64,000 nt of DNA from an uncultured Hyphomicrobiaceae bacterium (GCA_937931785.1 CALHAX010000069.1:53837-117836); one strand, 5' to 3'; counted from the first letter of the stretch, positions 39,239 through 50,206 are shown. Notes: a model not told the origin generated them from the sequence alone. Numbers and translations are program-made.

Positions 39239-39871
39239 ATGACACTCGACACGTACTTGCTCTACCTTGGCGCGGTTGCCGTGTTCTTCGCGACACCCCC
39301 CGATACAAGCCAGTTGTTGATCATATCCAACAGTGTTCGCCATGGCCTCAAGCGGAGCTTTGCAACCATCGTCGGCGACCTGACGGCAAACTGCATTCAG
39401 ATGTCTGCTGCCGCTTTCGGACTTGCCGCGATTATCGCGACATCCGCCGATGCATTCCAGTGGATCAAATGGTTCGGTGTCGCCTACCTGGCCTGGATCG
39501 GGTTGCAGCTCATCTTGTCGACAAACAAACCCGATGCGATACATTCACACGGCGTAGCAACACGGCTCGTCTTGTTCCGACAAGGGTTCATCACATCAAT
39601 GGCGAACCCATTTGCCGTTGTGTTTTTTGCCGCGCTTTTTCCTCAATTCATTGACGCAACGCAACCCGTCGCACCACAACTCGTAGTCCTTGGCTCGACC
39701 TATCTGCTGATTGACGGCTTGCTGCTCGTCATATGGGGCTGGCTCGGCGTACGTGCTGCAGGATTAATCACCGGTTCTGCATTCGGATTGGTCAACAAGA
39801 TCTGCGGCAGTCTGATGATCGGTGCCGCGCTTTTGCTTGCGGGCAAGGATTTCGAACCACAAAAACAGTAA
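39239..39871 (+). CDS. LysE/RhtB family translocator
   Basis: KWFGVAYL and QGF..ANP..FF..LFPQFI motifs; about 6 TM helices. Confidence 0.9.
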   Translation: MTLDTYLLYLGAVAVFFATPPDTSQLLIISNSVRHGLKRSFATIVGDLTANCIQMSAAAFGLAAIIATSADAFQWIKWFGVAYLAWIGLQLILSTNKPDAIHSHGVATRLVLFRQGFITSMANPFAVVFFAALFPQFIDATQPVAPQLVVLGSTYLLIDGLLLVIWGWLGVRAAGLITGSAFGLVNKICGSLMIGAALLLAGKDFEPQKQ

Positions 39872-39906
39872 CCGGTTCAACCAGGCCAACGCTCAAGCAC
39901 CCTGCG

Positions 39907-41190
39907 CTATCCGTTCTCTACCGGGGTCACTGCCGGGGTCAACCGCAGGGCTGTGATCTGGTTGCGCTGCTTGCGCAGCACCTCGATGCGGAAATCGTAG
40001 AACGTGAACACCTGACCAGGTTCGGGGATTGTCTGTGCCTCGTGAATGACAAGCCCGGCGATTGTTGTGGCTCCGTCTTCCGGCAAGGTCCAGTCCATGT
40101 GGCGATTGAGATCGCGAACCGGAACGGAACCGTCGACGTTCACAGACCCATCTGACTGCGGTCTGATGCCTGCATTCTCGATATCGTGCTCATCAGTGAT
40201 CTGGCCAACAATTTCTTCAAGAATATCCTCCAGTGTCACCAATCCCATCACCTCTCCGTACTCGTCAACGACAAGTGCAAAGTGAGCCTTGCGGCGCAGG
40301 AAAGCGTTCAACTGATTCTTGAGCCCCGTTGATTCTGGCACGAACCAGGGATCTGTTGCGAAGTCCGTGAAATCAATTTTTTCAACGTCATTGCCGTGCC
40401 GATTGAGCTCTCGCAGCACATCCTTGACGTGCAGAACGCCAACAATATTTTCTGATTCACCGCGATAGACAGGCAACCGCGTATGTGGGCTTTTGAGAAT
40501 TTCGTCGAGGATTTTCTGCGGCGCATCTCCCCCGTCAACGGTTTGCATCTGCGTGCGATGCACCATGACATCGAGCACCTCCAGATCACGCAGGTCGAGA
40601 ATACCTCCGAGCATATCACGATCGTGTTTCACAACCGCACCGTCTTCATGATGGAGATCAATGGTTCCGCGCAATTCTTCATGCGCAGAGGGCAGCATCC
40701 CGTCCTTACTTTCCGCATGCAACCGCGTGCCAAGAACACGCTTCACAATCCACTGCACACCGTCAGCAACAGGAGCGAGAACCGAAACGATGACCTTGAG
40801 CAACGGAGAGACGGCCAACGACATTTTCTCTGGAGCAAAAATCGCGTATGTCTTGGGCAACACTTCGGCAAACACGACCACAAGTGCTGTCATAGCCAAC
40901 GTGGCGTAAACGACCCCCGCTTCACCAAAGATCCTCAGAAAAAGCGTGGTCGCCAACGCTGATGCCAGAATATTAACGAGGTTATTGCCAATCAGGATTG
41001 CGCCAATCATGCGCTCTGGCTCGTTACTCAACTCTGTGACAGTTGCTGCGCGCTGGTCCCCCTCCTTTTCCAACGCCCGCAAACGAGCCCGGGACGACGC
41101 CGTCATGGCGGTTTCGGAACCAGAGAAAAACGCAGATATGGAGAGAAGCACCACAATGGCGCCAAGTGTCATTAGTGTTTCAGCGGTCAT
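39907..41190 (-). CDS. HlyC/CorC (CNNM-CBS-CorC) family transporter
   Basis: SAFFSGSETA, ILIGNNLVN, EVLPK and VVDEYG..GLVTLEDILEEIVG motifs. Confidence 0.95.
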   Translation of the reverse strand: MTAETLMTLGAIVVLLSISAFFSGSETAMTASSRARLRALEKEGDQRAATVTELSNEPERMIGAILIGNNLVNILASALATTLFLRIFGEAGVVYATLAMTALVVVFAEVLPKTYAIFAPEKMSLAVSPLLKVIVSVLAPVADGVQWIVKRVLGTRLHAESKDGMLPSAHEELRGTIDLHHEDGAVVKHDRDMLGGILDLRDLEVLDVMVHRTQMQTVDGGDAPQKILDEILKSPHTRLPVYRGESENIVGVLHVKDVLRELNRHGNDVEKIDFTDFATDPWFVPESTGLKNQLNAFLRRKAHFALVVDEYGEVMGLVTLEDILEEIVGQITDEHDIENAGIRPQSDGSVNVDGSVPVRDLNRHMDWTLPEDGATTIAGLVIHEAQTIPEPGQVFTFYDFRIEVLRKQRNQITALRLTPAVTPVENG

Positions 41191-41255
41191 GGCTCATGAT
41201 CTTGCTGGTTGAGAGAGGTAAGTAAACGGACTGAATACATATGAAGTCTGACAGA

Positions 41256-42350
41256 CTACACTTGCCAACGGGTTACGGGTAGCGCCGCCATATTCGCAGC
41301 AACGGCTGAGGTGAGGGCCGCCTGATCCAGCAAGCCGGTTTGTGTGTCAATCGCACCGACCACCGATGCTGCATTGCAGGCCGCGGCACGCAAGGCTGTT
41401 TCCGTGTCGACCCCATCAGCAATATGTGCCGAAAGCGTCGAGGCGAAGGCATCACCGGCACCGGCCGTTCCAACGACTTCCGCTTTCATGACGGGGCACC
41501 AGAGGATTTCGTTCCCCAGTGCCAGATAGGCTCCATGCATGCCATCCGTGATCAGCACGGCTTCGACGCCTACACTTCGCAATTCGCACATGATGCGGGG
41601 CAAGCTCATTTCGAAACCGCCTCCAGACAGGCCTCGCGCCATGAGTCGGGGTTGTTCACCCGATGCGGGGTCCGACAACGGCTTTCCACCTTCCCCGCAT
41701 CGCGGCACAAGCGCAGGCACGATTACGGCAGCTTCACTGGCGTTCAGGCACAAGATATCGATGTCGGACAGTACATCAAAAAACGCTCCGCCGCGGGCTG
41801 AGAGTTGACGTGTGCCCGGGTTCGTCGCGACCTTTGCGCCTTTGGCCCTGGCTCCGGTGACGAGTTCCGGAAACCGATCTGCAGATTCGTTGCTCAACGA
41901 CGAAATGTAAACGAGATCCGTGTCCAGAACATCCGGCTTGATATCCGCTGATTCAAGCAAGGTGTTTGCACCGCGGAAGGTGAAAATGGCTGCATTGCGC
42001 TCATGCGATGCGATCAACACCGAAGCCCCTGTCGGCGCACGTCCATCGCGCACCACCCATCGTGTCGAAACACCCTCGTCCTGCAGGCGATGGAGCACAA
42101 GTTCAGCACGGTCGTCCTTGCCAAGTTTCAGAAGCGTGGCAACATCGTGCCCCGCCCGCGCCATCGAAACAGCAGCATTCACTGCCCCGCCACCGACGTG
42201 GCCTGAAATATCCGAAGCTTCGATCTTGCGGCCTTCTTCCAGGAGCAGAAAATCCGCATCGGCGTTGCGCATTGTCATGCGCTCAATCCGGTCGCTCTGG
42301 ATGATTGCAATGGTATCAACCATCGCACCGCCCACGGTTAGAACTTTCAT
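41256..42350 (-). CDS. PfkB family carbohydrate kinase
   Basis: GGGAVNAA and GTAGAGDAF motifs; start trimmed to MKVLTVGG. Confidence 0.9.
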   Translation of the reverse strand: MKVLTVGGAMVDTIAIIQSDRIERMTMRNADADFLLLEEGRKIEASDISGHVGGGAVNAAVSMARAGHDVATLLKLGKDDRAELVLHRLQDEGVSTRWVVRDGRAPTGASVLIASHERNAAIFTFRGANTLLESADIKPDVLDTDLVYISSLSNESADRFPELVTGARAKGAKVATNPGTRQLSARGGAFFDVLSDIDILCLNASEAAVIVPALVPRCGEGGKPLSDPASGEQPRLMARGLSGGGFEMSLPRIMCELRSVGVEAVLITDGMHGAYLALGNEILWCPVMKAEVVGTAGAGDAFASTLSAHIADGVDTETALRAAACNAASVVGAIDTQTGLLDQAALTSAVAANMAALPVTRWQV

Positions 42351-42442
42351 GGATACGTCCTGTGGAACAATGTTGTCCGTGCAGCTATCACAACACGCCG
42401 CAGCGGAATAGAAGGTGTTTCGACTGACAGGGGAGGCAAGAC

Positions 42443-43633
42443 ATGATGACAGATGCTGACGGAACGACAATCACACATGCACGCGGCATTGCTGTAGCGG
42501 AATTCGAAACGCGGTTGGAGCGTGCCCAAGCCGGTATGGCGGCGCAGAAGCTGGATGCCCTGGTGGTCACAACGCCACAAAATATCAGGTATTTTACCGG
42601 GTTCGCAACCACGTTCTGGGAAAGCCCGACACGGCCATGGTTCGTGATCTTGCCGCGGAACGGCGTGCCCATCGCGGTGATTCCGGAGATTGGCGCCGAC
42701 GGTATGGCGATGACGTGGGTGCAGGACATCCGAACGTGGCGCGCACCACAGCCCGAAGACGACGGTGTGTCGCTTTTGACGTCCGTGTTGAGCAGCACGT
42801 CCGGAACCGGAGGTCGGATTGGCTGGGAAATGGGACGCGAGTCCGTGATCCGCATGCCGATTTCAGATTTCGACCGGCTACGGGGACTGGCCACCGGGTT
42901 GGAATTTGTCGATGGTGCGCCGCTGATCTGGGATCTGCGGATGGTGAAGTCCGAGTCCGAGATCGAGCGTATTCGAACGGCATGTACGATTGCCTGTGAC
43001 GCATTCGATGCCTTGCCGGCGCACATGGCATCAGGGCAAACCGAGTACGAGGCGGCGTGTGCTTATCGCACACTCCTTGCAAAACAAGGGGCAGACAGCG
43101 TCCCTTTTCTCTCCGTATGTTCTGGCGAAGCGGGTTACAGTCAGATCATTGTCGGGCCGACAGAGCGAAAGTTTTCGACAGGCGATGTCCTGTTCATGGA
43201 CGTTGGCGCGACGTGGGACGGTTACTTCTGCGACTTCGACCGGAATTTTTCGTTTGGGGAACCGAACGACGATGTGAAGCGGGCGCACGAAACATTATGG
43301 CAATCCACGGAAGCGGGAATTGCTGCAGTTCGTCCAGGCGCGAACACTGATGATCTGTTTCACGCCATGGCGAAGGTGATCGATACCGGAGGCTACGCGG
43401 CTCCGACAACCGGACGGCTGGGCCATGGACTTGGCCTGCATCTCACCGAACCGCCATCACATATGCCAGGCGATGGCACAGTGATCACGGAAAACATGGT
43501 GCTGACCATCGAACCCGGGCTTGAGTACGCGCCGGGGAAAATGCTGGTGCACGAGGAGGATATTGTTGTACGTGTGGACGGTGCGGAGTTGCTGACACGC
43601 AGGGCGTCACGCGAGATGGTTGTGATTGCCTAA
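42443..43633 (+). CDS. Xaa-Pro peptidase (M24) family protein
   Basis: DVG..DGYFCD, GHGLG..LTE, TIEPG and HEE metal ligands. Confidence 0.9.
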   Translation: MMTDADGTTITHARGIAVAEFETRLERAQAGMAAQKLDALVVTTPQNIRYFTGFATTFWESPTRPWFVILPRNGVPIAVIPEIGADGMAMTWVQDIRTWRAPQPEDDGVSLLTSVLSSTSGTGGRIGWEMGRESVIRMPISDFDRLRGLATGLEFVDGAPLIWDLRMVKSESEIERIRTACTIACDAFDALPAHMASGQTEYEAACAYRTLLAKQGADSVPFLSVCSGEAGYSQIIVGPTERKFSTGDVLFMDVGATWDGYFCDFDRNFSFGEPNDDVKRAHETLWQSTEAGIAAVRPGANTDDLFHAMAKVIDTGGYAAPTTGRLGHGLGLHLTEPPSHMPGDGTVITENMVLTIEPGLEYAPGKMLVHEEDIVVRVDGAELLTRRASREMVVIA

Positions 43634-43780
43634 CCAGCTTCAAAGAGTTCCAGCCAGAGAGCGTTACAGCATTGCGGGTATCAGGATATCGCCCCCCTTT
43701 GTGCTGCTCGACCTCACCCCGCATCGCGGCACAGACAAGGTCTGTCGTATAGGCGATGCATCACATGCACCAACGGGCCA

Positions 43781-44335
43781 CTACCAGGACTGCGGCGCTT
43801 CTGCCCGGTCGGTCATGGTGTAGTCGCGCATGACGGAAAACACGTGGGTTGCGGTCACATCAGAGGCTGATTCATTGGCATCCATGATGGCCAACGCGTG
43901 CGCATGCGCATCAAGGCTATATATCGTGACGAACTGGTTTTCACGATAGACGCTGGCGAACGTTTCTCCACCCTCTACTTCTGGCATGTCACCATTGCCC
44001 TCCGCAGCAATAATCCACCGTTCCGGACTGTCGGGCACGGCCATGTCGGGTGTTACCTGACGTGCAACGCGGATGCGATAATCATCGAAGTGCACGTCGC
44101 GGCCGGCACGTTGCGCGATCTGATGACGTTGATCTGCACGCCACTTGAGAAGGTGCGCCTCGTCCTGCCAATGCTGATAAGACAGAATGATTCCCGGACG
44201 CTTCAGGCTCTTATAACGATCAATGAACAGGACGCCGCCATTGTCTTCCAGAATGGGACGGAGACACGCAGCCGTATTGAAATAATGCTCTTCGTGCCCC
44301 GGCTTCGGTTCAACCTCGAAAAACAGACCAATCAT
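43781..44335 (-). CDS. Antibiotic biosynthesis monooxygenase (ABM)-like protein
   Basis: FEVEP..Y, W.DE...WR..H..AQ..GR..F.DYRIRVA, and RDY...RAEAP motifs. Confidence 0.8.
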   Translation of the reverse strand: MIGLFFEVEPKPGHEEHYFNTAACLRPILEDNGGVLFIDRYKSLKRPGIILSYQHWQDEAHLLKWRADQRHQIAQRAGRDVHFDDYRIRVARQVTPDMAVPDSPERWIIAAEGNGDMPEVEGGETFASVYRENQFVTIYSLDAHAHALAIMDANESASDVTATHVFSVMRDYTMTDRAEAPQSW

Positions 44336-44419
44336 TGTTGTCCTCTTGGAAGCGTATGCAATCTGGACAGCTTGTGTTTATGCTGATCCGATAGCCTACC
44401 GTATCATGAGGAGATCGAC

Positions 44420-44803
44420 ATGAAATTTTCTGTCACGCATGCCGACGATACGGACTTCGAGGACGGTGGATTGCGTGGGTTCTTTGAATACCGCGATCTC
44501 GGCATCAAGGAGGCGACGGGTGGCAAGGTGGGCGCGCATGTCATCCGTGCGGTGCCTGGCGCACATTCAGGTGGCGAGGCCCACACGCACACTCTGGAGT
44601 TCCAGATGGTCTACATTCTGAAAGGCTGGGTGAAGTTCTGGTACGACGGGCATGGCGAGGTTCTGCTCAAACCGGGTTCCTGCGTGCACCAGGCCCCGGG
44701 GATCGTGCACCGGGAAGTCGAACATTCCGATGATCTCGAGCTGATCGAGATTACGCTTCCGGCGGATTTCCCGACTCACGACGCAAAAGCGGACGCCACG
44801 TAG
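44420..44803 (+). CDS. Cupin domain protein
   Basis: GLR.FFEYRDLG, HTH..FQMVY.LKGW and PGIVH motifs; GAGGAG RBS. Confidence 0.9.
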   Translation: MKFSVTHADDTDFEDGGLRGFFEYRDLGIKEATGGKVGAHVIRAVPGAHSGGEAHTHTLEFQMVYILKGWVKFWYDGHGEVLLKPGSCVHQAPGIVHREVEHSDDLELIEITLPADFPTHDAKADAT

Positions 44804-44853
44804 AACGTAACGTCCGCTAGATTTTTAAGCACTCATGTTCGGCGAAGATGTTG

Positions 44854-45159
44854 TTATGCGTCAGCTGTTGCTGGAGCCGTTTCAGCCGCCTTGGAGATAT
44901 CGCGCTTGAGGCGACGCGCACGGTCGGACAGATCATCTGCCTTGGCTTTTGCCAGAAATGCGTCAAGTCCACCACGATGCTCTACCGTACGCAAAGCCTG
45001 AGCAGACACTTTCAGGCGAAAAGCACGGCCCAATGTGTCGCTGATCAGGGTTACATCGCAGAGATTCGGAAGAAACTTGCGTCGCGACCTGTTTTTCGCG
45101 TGGCTTACATTGTTCCCGGACATTACGCCCTTGCCAGTGAGTTCACAACGCCGCGCCAT
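44854..45159 (-). CDS. rpmB: 50S ribosomal protein L28
   Basis: [44 protein letters not shown]. Confidence 0.97.
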   Translation of the reverse strand: MARRCELTGKGVMSGNNVSHAKNRSRRKFLPNLCDVTLISDTLGRAFRLKVSAQALRTVEHRGGLDAFLAKAKADDLSDRARRLKRDISKAAETAPATADA

Positions 45160-45263
45160 GGCACAGGCTCCTTGTCTCGTCCGCTCGACGATCCCGGTCA
45201 AATGTCCGGTTCTGGATCGGAAAAATTGAAAAACGCGGCTCAAAAGGCCGCGCGGTTGGCCTG

Positions 45264-45294
45264 CGTATACTCGGAATGGTACGCTAGCGTCAAG
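45264..45294 (-). promoter_or_regulatory. Putative sigma70 promoter of rpmB
   Basis: The - strand reads CTTGAC-N18-GTATAC, resembling the alphaproteobacterial RpoD consensus. Confidence 0.5.
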
Positions 45295-45479
45295 CGAACA
45301 ATGCCAATATCGCGGCTGTTCCCTACCATACCCGGCGTTCTGTGCCTGCCATCAGCCTGCCGCGTTGCCGACTTGACAGAGCAGACCTTTCGACCCGACA
45401 CAGAATTGACCTAAAACCGACCTAACGACCGGTCCTGGCTGAGAGACTTCCGGGCACAGACACTGGGGATTCCTTACAT

Positions 45480-46361
45480 ATGACGCAAGATTTCCGACGT
45501 CGCACAAGCCGCTGCGCTCCGATCATGGCGATGGTTGCAGGGACATCAACGCTCATTACAGCATTTGCAGTGATGGGCCCTGGTAAGGCGCAGGCTGCAG
45601 AGCCCTGGGTCAAGAGCGTATCGGCAAGCTATCGTGTTGAATTGGCGGGGGTGAAGTTCGGAACTTACAATTTCTCATCAACCCGCGATGGTCGTACATA
45701 CAAAATCAGCAGCAACGCGAAGTTGAAAGCCTTCTTCGGCGCCCTCAAGTGGCGGGGGGCAGCCTACAGTTCGGGAACAATGACCTCTCGCGGGCCACGC
45801 CCGACCAGCTATCTTTACAACTACCGCAAAAACAAGAAAAAGCCGCGGACCGTCACTGTGACGATGGCAAACGGCAACGCAACCAAGGTTGTTCACGCGC
45901 CGCCGCGGAACAATTCCAAAAGACGCATCCCGATCACAAAAGCACATTATCAAGACGTTCTCGACCCGATGAGCGCTCTCGTTGCCCTTTCTGCACCCGT
46001 CGGCACCAACAGTCCCTGCAAACAGACCGTGCGGGTTTTTGACGGGTCGCACAGGTTCGACGTCAAGCTGTCTCCCAAGGGCAAACAGAAACTAAATCTA
46101 AAACGCGGTGCCGGGTTTTCAAACCGGGCGCTGGTCTGTCGCATACAGCATTTCCCGATCGCAGGGCACAAGAGCGGAAAGAAGAACAGCTACATTTCCG
46201 ATCCAAAAGGTGTCGAAGTGTGGCTCGTTCCGGCAGCGGGCGGACTGATTTACGTGCCTTACCGTATTGTTGTTCCAACCCTTATCGGTTCTGCTGTGCT
46301 GCAAGCTTCATCCGTAAATGTCGAGCTTTCGGATCGCAAGCGACTGGCGCTCCTGCACTGA
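45480..46361 (+). CDS. DUF3108-like exported protein
   Basis: Signal peptide; VLDPMSA, C...VFDG..RFD, C...PIAGH and EVWL motifs; divergent from rpmB. Confidence 0.8.
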   Translation: MTQDFRRRTSRCAPIMAMVAGTSTLITAFAVMGPGKAQAAEPWVKSVSASYRVELAGVKFGTYNFSSTRDGRTYKISSNAKLKAFFGALKWRGAAYSSGTMTSRGPRPTSYLYNYRKNKKKPRTVTVTMANGNATKVVHAPPRNNSKRRIPITKAHYQDVLDPMSALVALSAPVGTNSPCKQTVRVFDGSHRFDVKLSPKGKQKLNLKRGAGFSNRALVCRIQHFPIAGHKSGKKNSYISDPKGVEVWLVPAAGGLIYVPYRIVVPTLIGSAVLQASSVNVELSDRKRLALLH

Positions 46362-46665
46362 TTGTCGCTGCCTTATCTTCGGTTAGGAGGTTTGGCGCTT
46401 TTCAAATTCATGCGCCGACGGATGATCTGCTACGCCTCATACCAAAAGTCGTCCCGTTAACTGCCAGTTTACGCTGAACGGCATTCGACTTGCTTAGTGG
46501 CAGTTGACCGGATCAACCGAGCCACTGCATGAACCCAATTGGGCAAGGTATCGCTGGCAACAGGTGACCCGGACAGTGGAAGTCTCTAAAGTGACTCCAT
46601 TAACCATGACCGGTGTCGTGCGTATGCTGCACCGGATTATGCAGAATTGAAAGACGGGCCGCCAC

Positions 46666-49600
46666 ATGACAACAAATCCAGCTTCCACGCGTGGCGTGAC
46701 TGCGGTGCTCGGTCCAACAAATACCGGCAAGACCCACCTCGCGATCGAACGCATGCTGGGGCACGAAAGCGGGCTGATCGGTTTACCGCTACGCCTGCTC
46801 GCGCGAGAAGTTTACGATCGGGTCGTGGCACGTGCCGGTGTCGCGAACGTTGCGCTGATCACTGGCGAAGAAAAGATCAAACCGCCACAAGCGCGCTATT
46901 GGGTTTGCACGGTCGAGGCCATGCCGCGCGATCTGGACGTTGCGTTCGTTGCGATCGACGAAATCCAGCTTGCCGCCGATCCTGAGCGTGGACACGTGTT
47001 CACGAACCGCTTTCTTAACGCACGTGGCAAACACGAAACACTGCTGCTCGGCTCCGATACCATGCGGCAGGTGATCAACGACATTCTGCCCGGCGCAAAC
47101 TTTGTTGCCCGCCCGCGACTTTCCAAACTGAGTTATGCGGGACAAAAAAAGATTTCACGACTGCCGCGGCGCACGGCAATTGTCGCTTTCTCTGCAGCCG
47201 AGGTCTACGCCATTGCCGAATTGATCCGTCGGCAACGGGGAGGGGCCGCGGTGGTCTTGGGTGCACTGAGTCCGAGAACACGCAATGCACAAGTTGAGCT
47301 CTATCAATCAGAAGAGGTCGATTTCCTCGTTGCAACCGATGCCATCGGGATGGGGTTGAACCTGAACGTCGGACACGTGGCATTCGCCGCAACACGTAAA
47401 TTCGACGGGCAACGAATGCGCAACCTCTTGCCATCCGAGATGGCGCAAATTGCCGGTCGCGCTGGTCGCCACATGAATGACGGCACCTTTGGTGTGACTG
47501 GTGATACGGAACCACTGGAAGGTGATCTTGTCGAAGCGCTGGAAAACCATACGTTCGATCCAGTAAAAATGCTGCAGTGGCGCAATAGCCAACTTGATTT
47601 TTCCTCTATCGAGAAGCTCAAGGACAGCCTGAATGCTGCGTCCGGCCATCCAAAACTCGCGCGCGCACGCACGGCAGACGATGTCGTGACGCTGGAGGCT
47701 GCCCTGCACGACGGCGAAGTGGCCCGGCTGGCCTGCTCACCCGCTGCGATCAAGCGCCTGTGGGAAGTCTGTCAAATTCCTGACTATCGCAAGGTTTCAG
47801 CCAGCGCTCATTCCGATCTCGCCGCATCACTCTACCGCCATCTCTTGTCAGACCGGGAAGTCATTCCCGAGGACTGGTTCGCGGAACAGGTCTCGCAGGC
47901 GGATCGCACCGATGGCGATATCGATACGCTCGCCAACCGGATTGCCCATGTACGTACCTGGACGTTCATTGCCAATCGTGCAGACTGGCTTGAGCACCAC
48001 GAAGAATGGCAGGCAAAAACGCGCGATGTCGAGGATCGTTTGTCTGACGCGCTGCATGCCCAGTTGACACAACGCTTTGTCGACCGGCAAACGAGCACTT
48101 TGATGCGAAGCCTTCGGGATAGCGACGAGGTTTTTGCCGAAATTGGTGATGATGGCTCAATTCAGGTTGAGAAACATTTCGTCGGCCGTATACAGGGGCT
48201 TCGATATATTCCTGACACCGCTGCTGAGGGTCTTCACGGCAAAGCCAGCCGGAATGCTGCAGCGCATGTCCTGACGAAAGAATTGACGATGCGAGCACGC
48301 CGCATTGCTGCTGCAAAGACTGACGCTTTCAAACTTGGACCGGACGCTGCGGTTCTGTGGAAGGATGAGGCTATTGCACGCCTTGTGGCAGGTGATGACA
48401 TCCTGACGCCGCGTGTCACGTTGCTAGCAGATGAACACCTTTCTGCGCCTGACCGTGAAAAAATTCAGACCCGTCTGGACACATGGATCAAAGAGGTCGT
48501 GGAAGAACGGCTCAAACCACTGGTGATGACAGCGCGTGCGGAAGATATCTCCGGACTTGCAAAAGGGATTGCGTTTCAGTTGACCGAACATCTCGGCATA
48601 CTGAAGCGGGAAGCTGTGGCCAACGATATCAAATCGATGGATCAAACAGCGCGAGGGCAACTGAGGCGCTATGGCGTGCGGTTCGGGGCGTTCAATATTT
48701 ATTTCCCTCTTCTGGTGAAGCCTGCGGCCACAGAATTGATTTTGCAGCTCTGGAAACTCAATCAGGCGAAAGTGGCTGGCGCTACTGACAACAATCTTCC
48801 CGATTTCACTCCACCGCGCCCCGGGCTTACCTCTGCAGCTGCGGAAACCAATGTCCCGGAAGAATTCTACCGCGTGTGTGGGTATCATCGATGTGGTCCG
48901 CGAGTTGTACGGATCGACATGCTGGAACGACTGGCTGATATGATCCGGCCTCTCGTATCGTGGCGCATAAAGGAAGAGAATCCGGAAATGCCGCCAGCGG
49001 GCTCAACCGGTGACGGTGGCTTCAAAGTTCAACCCGATATGATGTCTATCCTCGGATGTTCGGCGGACGAACTCGGCGACGTTTTGCGTGCGCTCGGGTT
49101 CCGGCTGGATCGGAAGCAGGTGAAGGCGAAAGCAGATGTGGTTGTTGCACCTTCCACAACGGATGCAACACCCGCTCTCACGACAGAAGAACATGCAAGG
49201 GATGCTGTAACCGCACCGACTGAAAGTGAAGCCACAGTCGATGTAGCCGAAGCTGCAAACAGCAACACACCAGAAACAGTGACGACGCCTGTGGCACCAG
49301 AGGCTGAAACCTCTCAAGAGGAAACCGCTGCGCCGGAAGAAGCACCTGCCAAAGCGGAGCCTGAGTTCATTGATATCTGGCGTCCGGCGCGGCACAGCAA
49401 CAACCGGCAGAACCGGGCCCGTCGTGCATCTGAGCAACGACAGAAATCAGACGGCGCGGCTCATGCGGACGACGGCGGGAAACGAGCGAACGGCAAACCT
49501 GGATCACGCCCAAACACCCAGACGAAAGGCAAGGGCCAGAGGCAAGGCGACGGGCAGGGACAAAAAGGCCGCAAACCGTATCGCAAGGGTGGCCAGGACA

Positions 49601-49740
49601 ACCGTCAACCGGCCAGCTTTACGGCATCGCCTACCAAGAACAAGGGAAAAGGCAAGGCTGTCGATCCGGATTCACCGTTCGCCGCACTTGGTAAACTAAA
49701 ACAGGAATTGGAAAAAAATTCCTCAGATCAGGCGAATTAA
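46666..49740 (+). CDS. SF2 (Suv3-like, MgpS-type) ATP-dependent helicase
   Basis: LGPTNTGKT, DEIQ, ATDAIGMGLN and QIAGRAGR motifs; disordered tail ending DPDSPFAAL. Confidence 0.93.
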   Translation: MTTNPASTRGVTAVLGPTNTGKTHLAIERMLGHESGLIGLPLRLLAREVYDRVVARAGVANVALITGEEKIKPPQARYWVCTVEAMPRDLDVAFVAIDEIQLAADPERGHVFTNRFLNARGKHETLLLGSDTMRQVINDILPGANFVARPRLSKLSYAGQKKISRLPRRTAIVAFSAAEVYAIAELIRRQRGGAAVVLGALSPRTRNAQVELYQSEEVDFLVATDAIGMGLNLNVGHVAFAATRKFDGQRMRNLLPSEMAQIAGRAGRHMNDGTFGVTGDTEPLEGDLVEALENHTFDPVKMLQWRNSQLDFSSIEKLKDSLNAASGHPKLARARTADDVVTLEAALHDGEVARLACSPAAIKRLWEVCQIPDYRKVSASAHSDLAASLYRHLLSDREVIPEDWFAEQVSQADRTDGDIDTLANRIAHVRTWTFIANRADWLEHHEEWQAKTRDVEDRLSDALHAQLTQRFVDRQTSTLMRSLRDSDEVFAEIGDDGSIQVEKHFVGRIQGLRYIPDTAAEGLHGKASRNAAAHVLTKELTMRARRIAAAKTDAFKLGPDAAVLWKDEAIARLVAGDDILTPRVTLLADEHLSAPDREKIQTRLDTWIKEVVEERLKPLVMTARAEDISGLAKGIAFQLTEHLGILKREAVANDIKSMDQTARGQLRRYGVRFGAFNIYFPLLVKPAATELILQLWKLNQAKVAGATDNNLPDFTPPRPGLTSAAAETNVPEEFYRVCGYHRCGPRVVRIDMLERLADMIRPLVSWRIKEENPEMPPAGSTGDGGFKVQPDMMSILGCSADELGDVLRALGFRLDRKQVKAKADVVVAPSTTDATPALTTEEHARDAVTAPTESEATVDVAEAANSNTPETVTTPVAPEAETSQEETAAPEEAPAKAEPEFIDIWRPARHSNNRQNRARRASEQRQKSDGAAHADDGGKRANGKPGSRPNTQTKGKGQRQGDGQGQKGRKPYRKGGQDNRQPASFTASPTKNKGKGKAVDPDSPFAALGKLKQELEKNSSDQAN

Positions 49741-49783
49741 AAACAGACGATCAGACTGCCCGCTGTCGGCATGGAGATGACTC

Positions 49784-50206
49784 CTGGCAAAAGCAAGCAA
49801 CCAGAACACGGAAGCCACAACCAGTCAGCGGCTGGACAAATGGTTGTGGTTTGCCCGCGTTGTAAAAACCAGAACTATGGCAACGCGGCTTGTTGCTGGA
49901 GGGAAGGTTCGTGTGAACCGCACTGCGACGGACAAACCGAGCCAAGTTGTGCGCCCTGATGACGTCCTGACCATTTCCGTCAACCGACGCATTCGTGTCC
50001 TCAAAATTCTAGATCCAGGCAAGCGCCGTGGACCGGCTGAGGAGGCACAGGCACTCTACGAAGACCTGACACCCGAAGACGAAGCGCCAGCACCTGCCAG
50101 GGGATTGATGACGCCAACACCGGTTGCACGACGCATCCCTGGAGATGGTCGTCCCACAAAGCGGGAGCGTCGCGAAACTGATCAATTGCGTGGACGAGAC
50201 CGTTGA
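49784..50206 (+). CDS. S4-domain RNA-binding protein (Hsp15/HslR-like), probable CTG start
   Basis: QRLDKWLWFARVVKTR, RRGPA.EAQ.LYEDL and GRPTKRERR motifs; the conserved RLDKW lies upstream of the ORF-track TTG start. Confidence 0.88.
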   Translation: MAKASNQNTEATTSQRLDKWLWFARVVKTRTMATRLVAGGKVRVNRTATDKPSQVVRPDDVLTISVNRRIRVLKILDPGKRRGPAEEAQALYEDLTPEDEAPAPARGLMTPTPVARRIPGDGRPTKRERRETDQLRGRDR

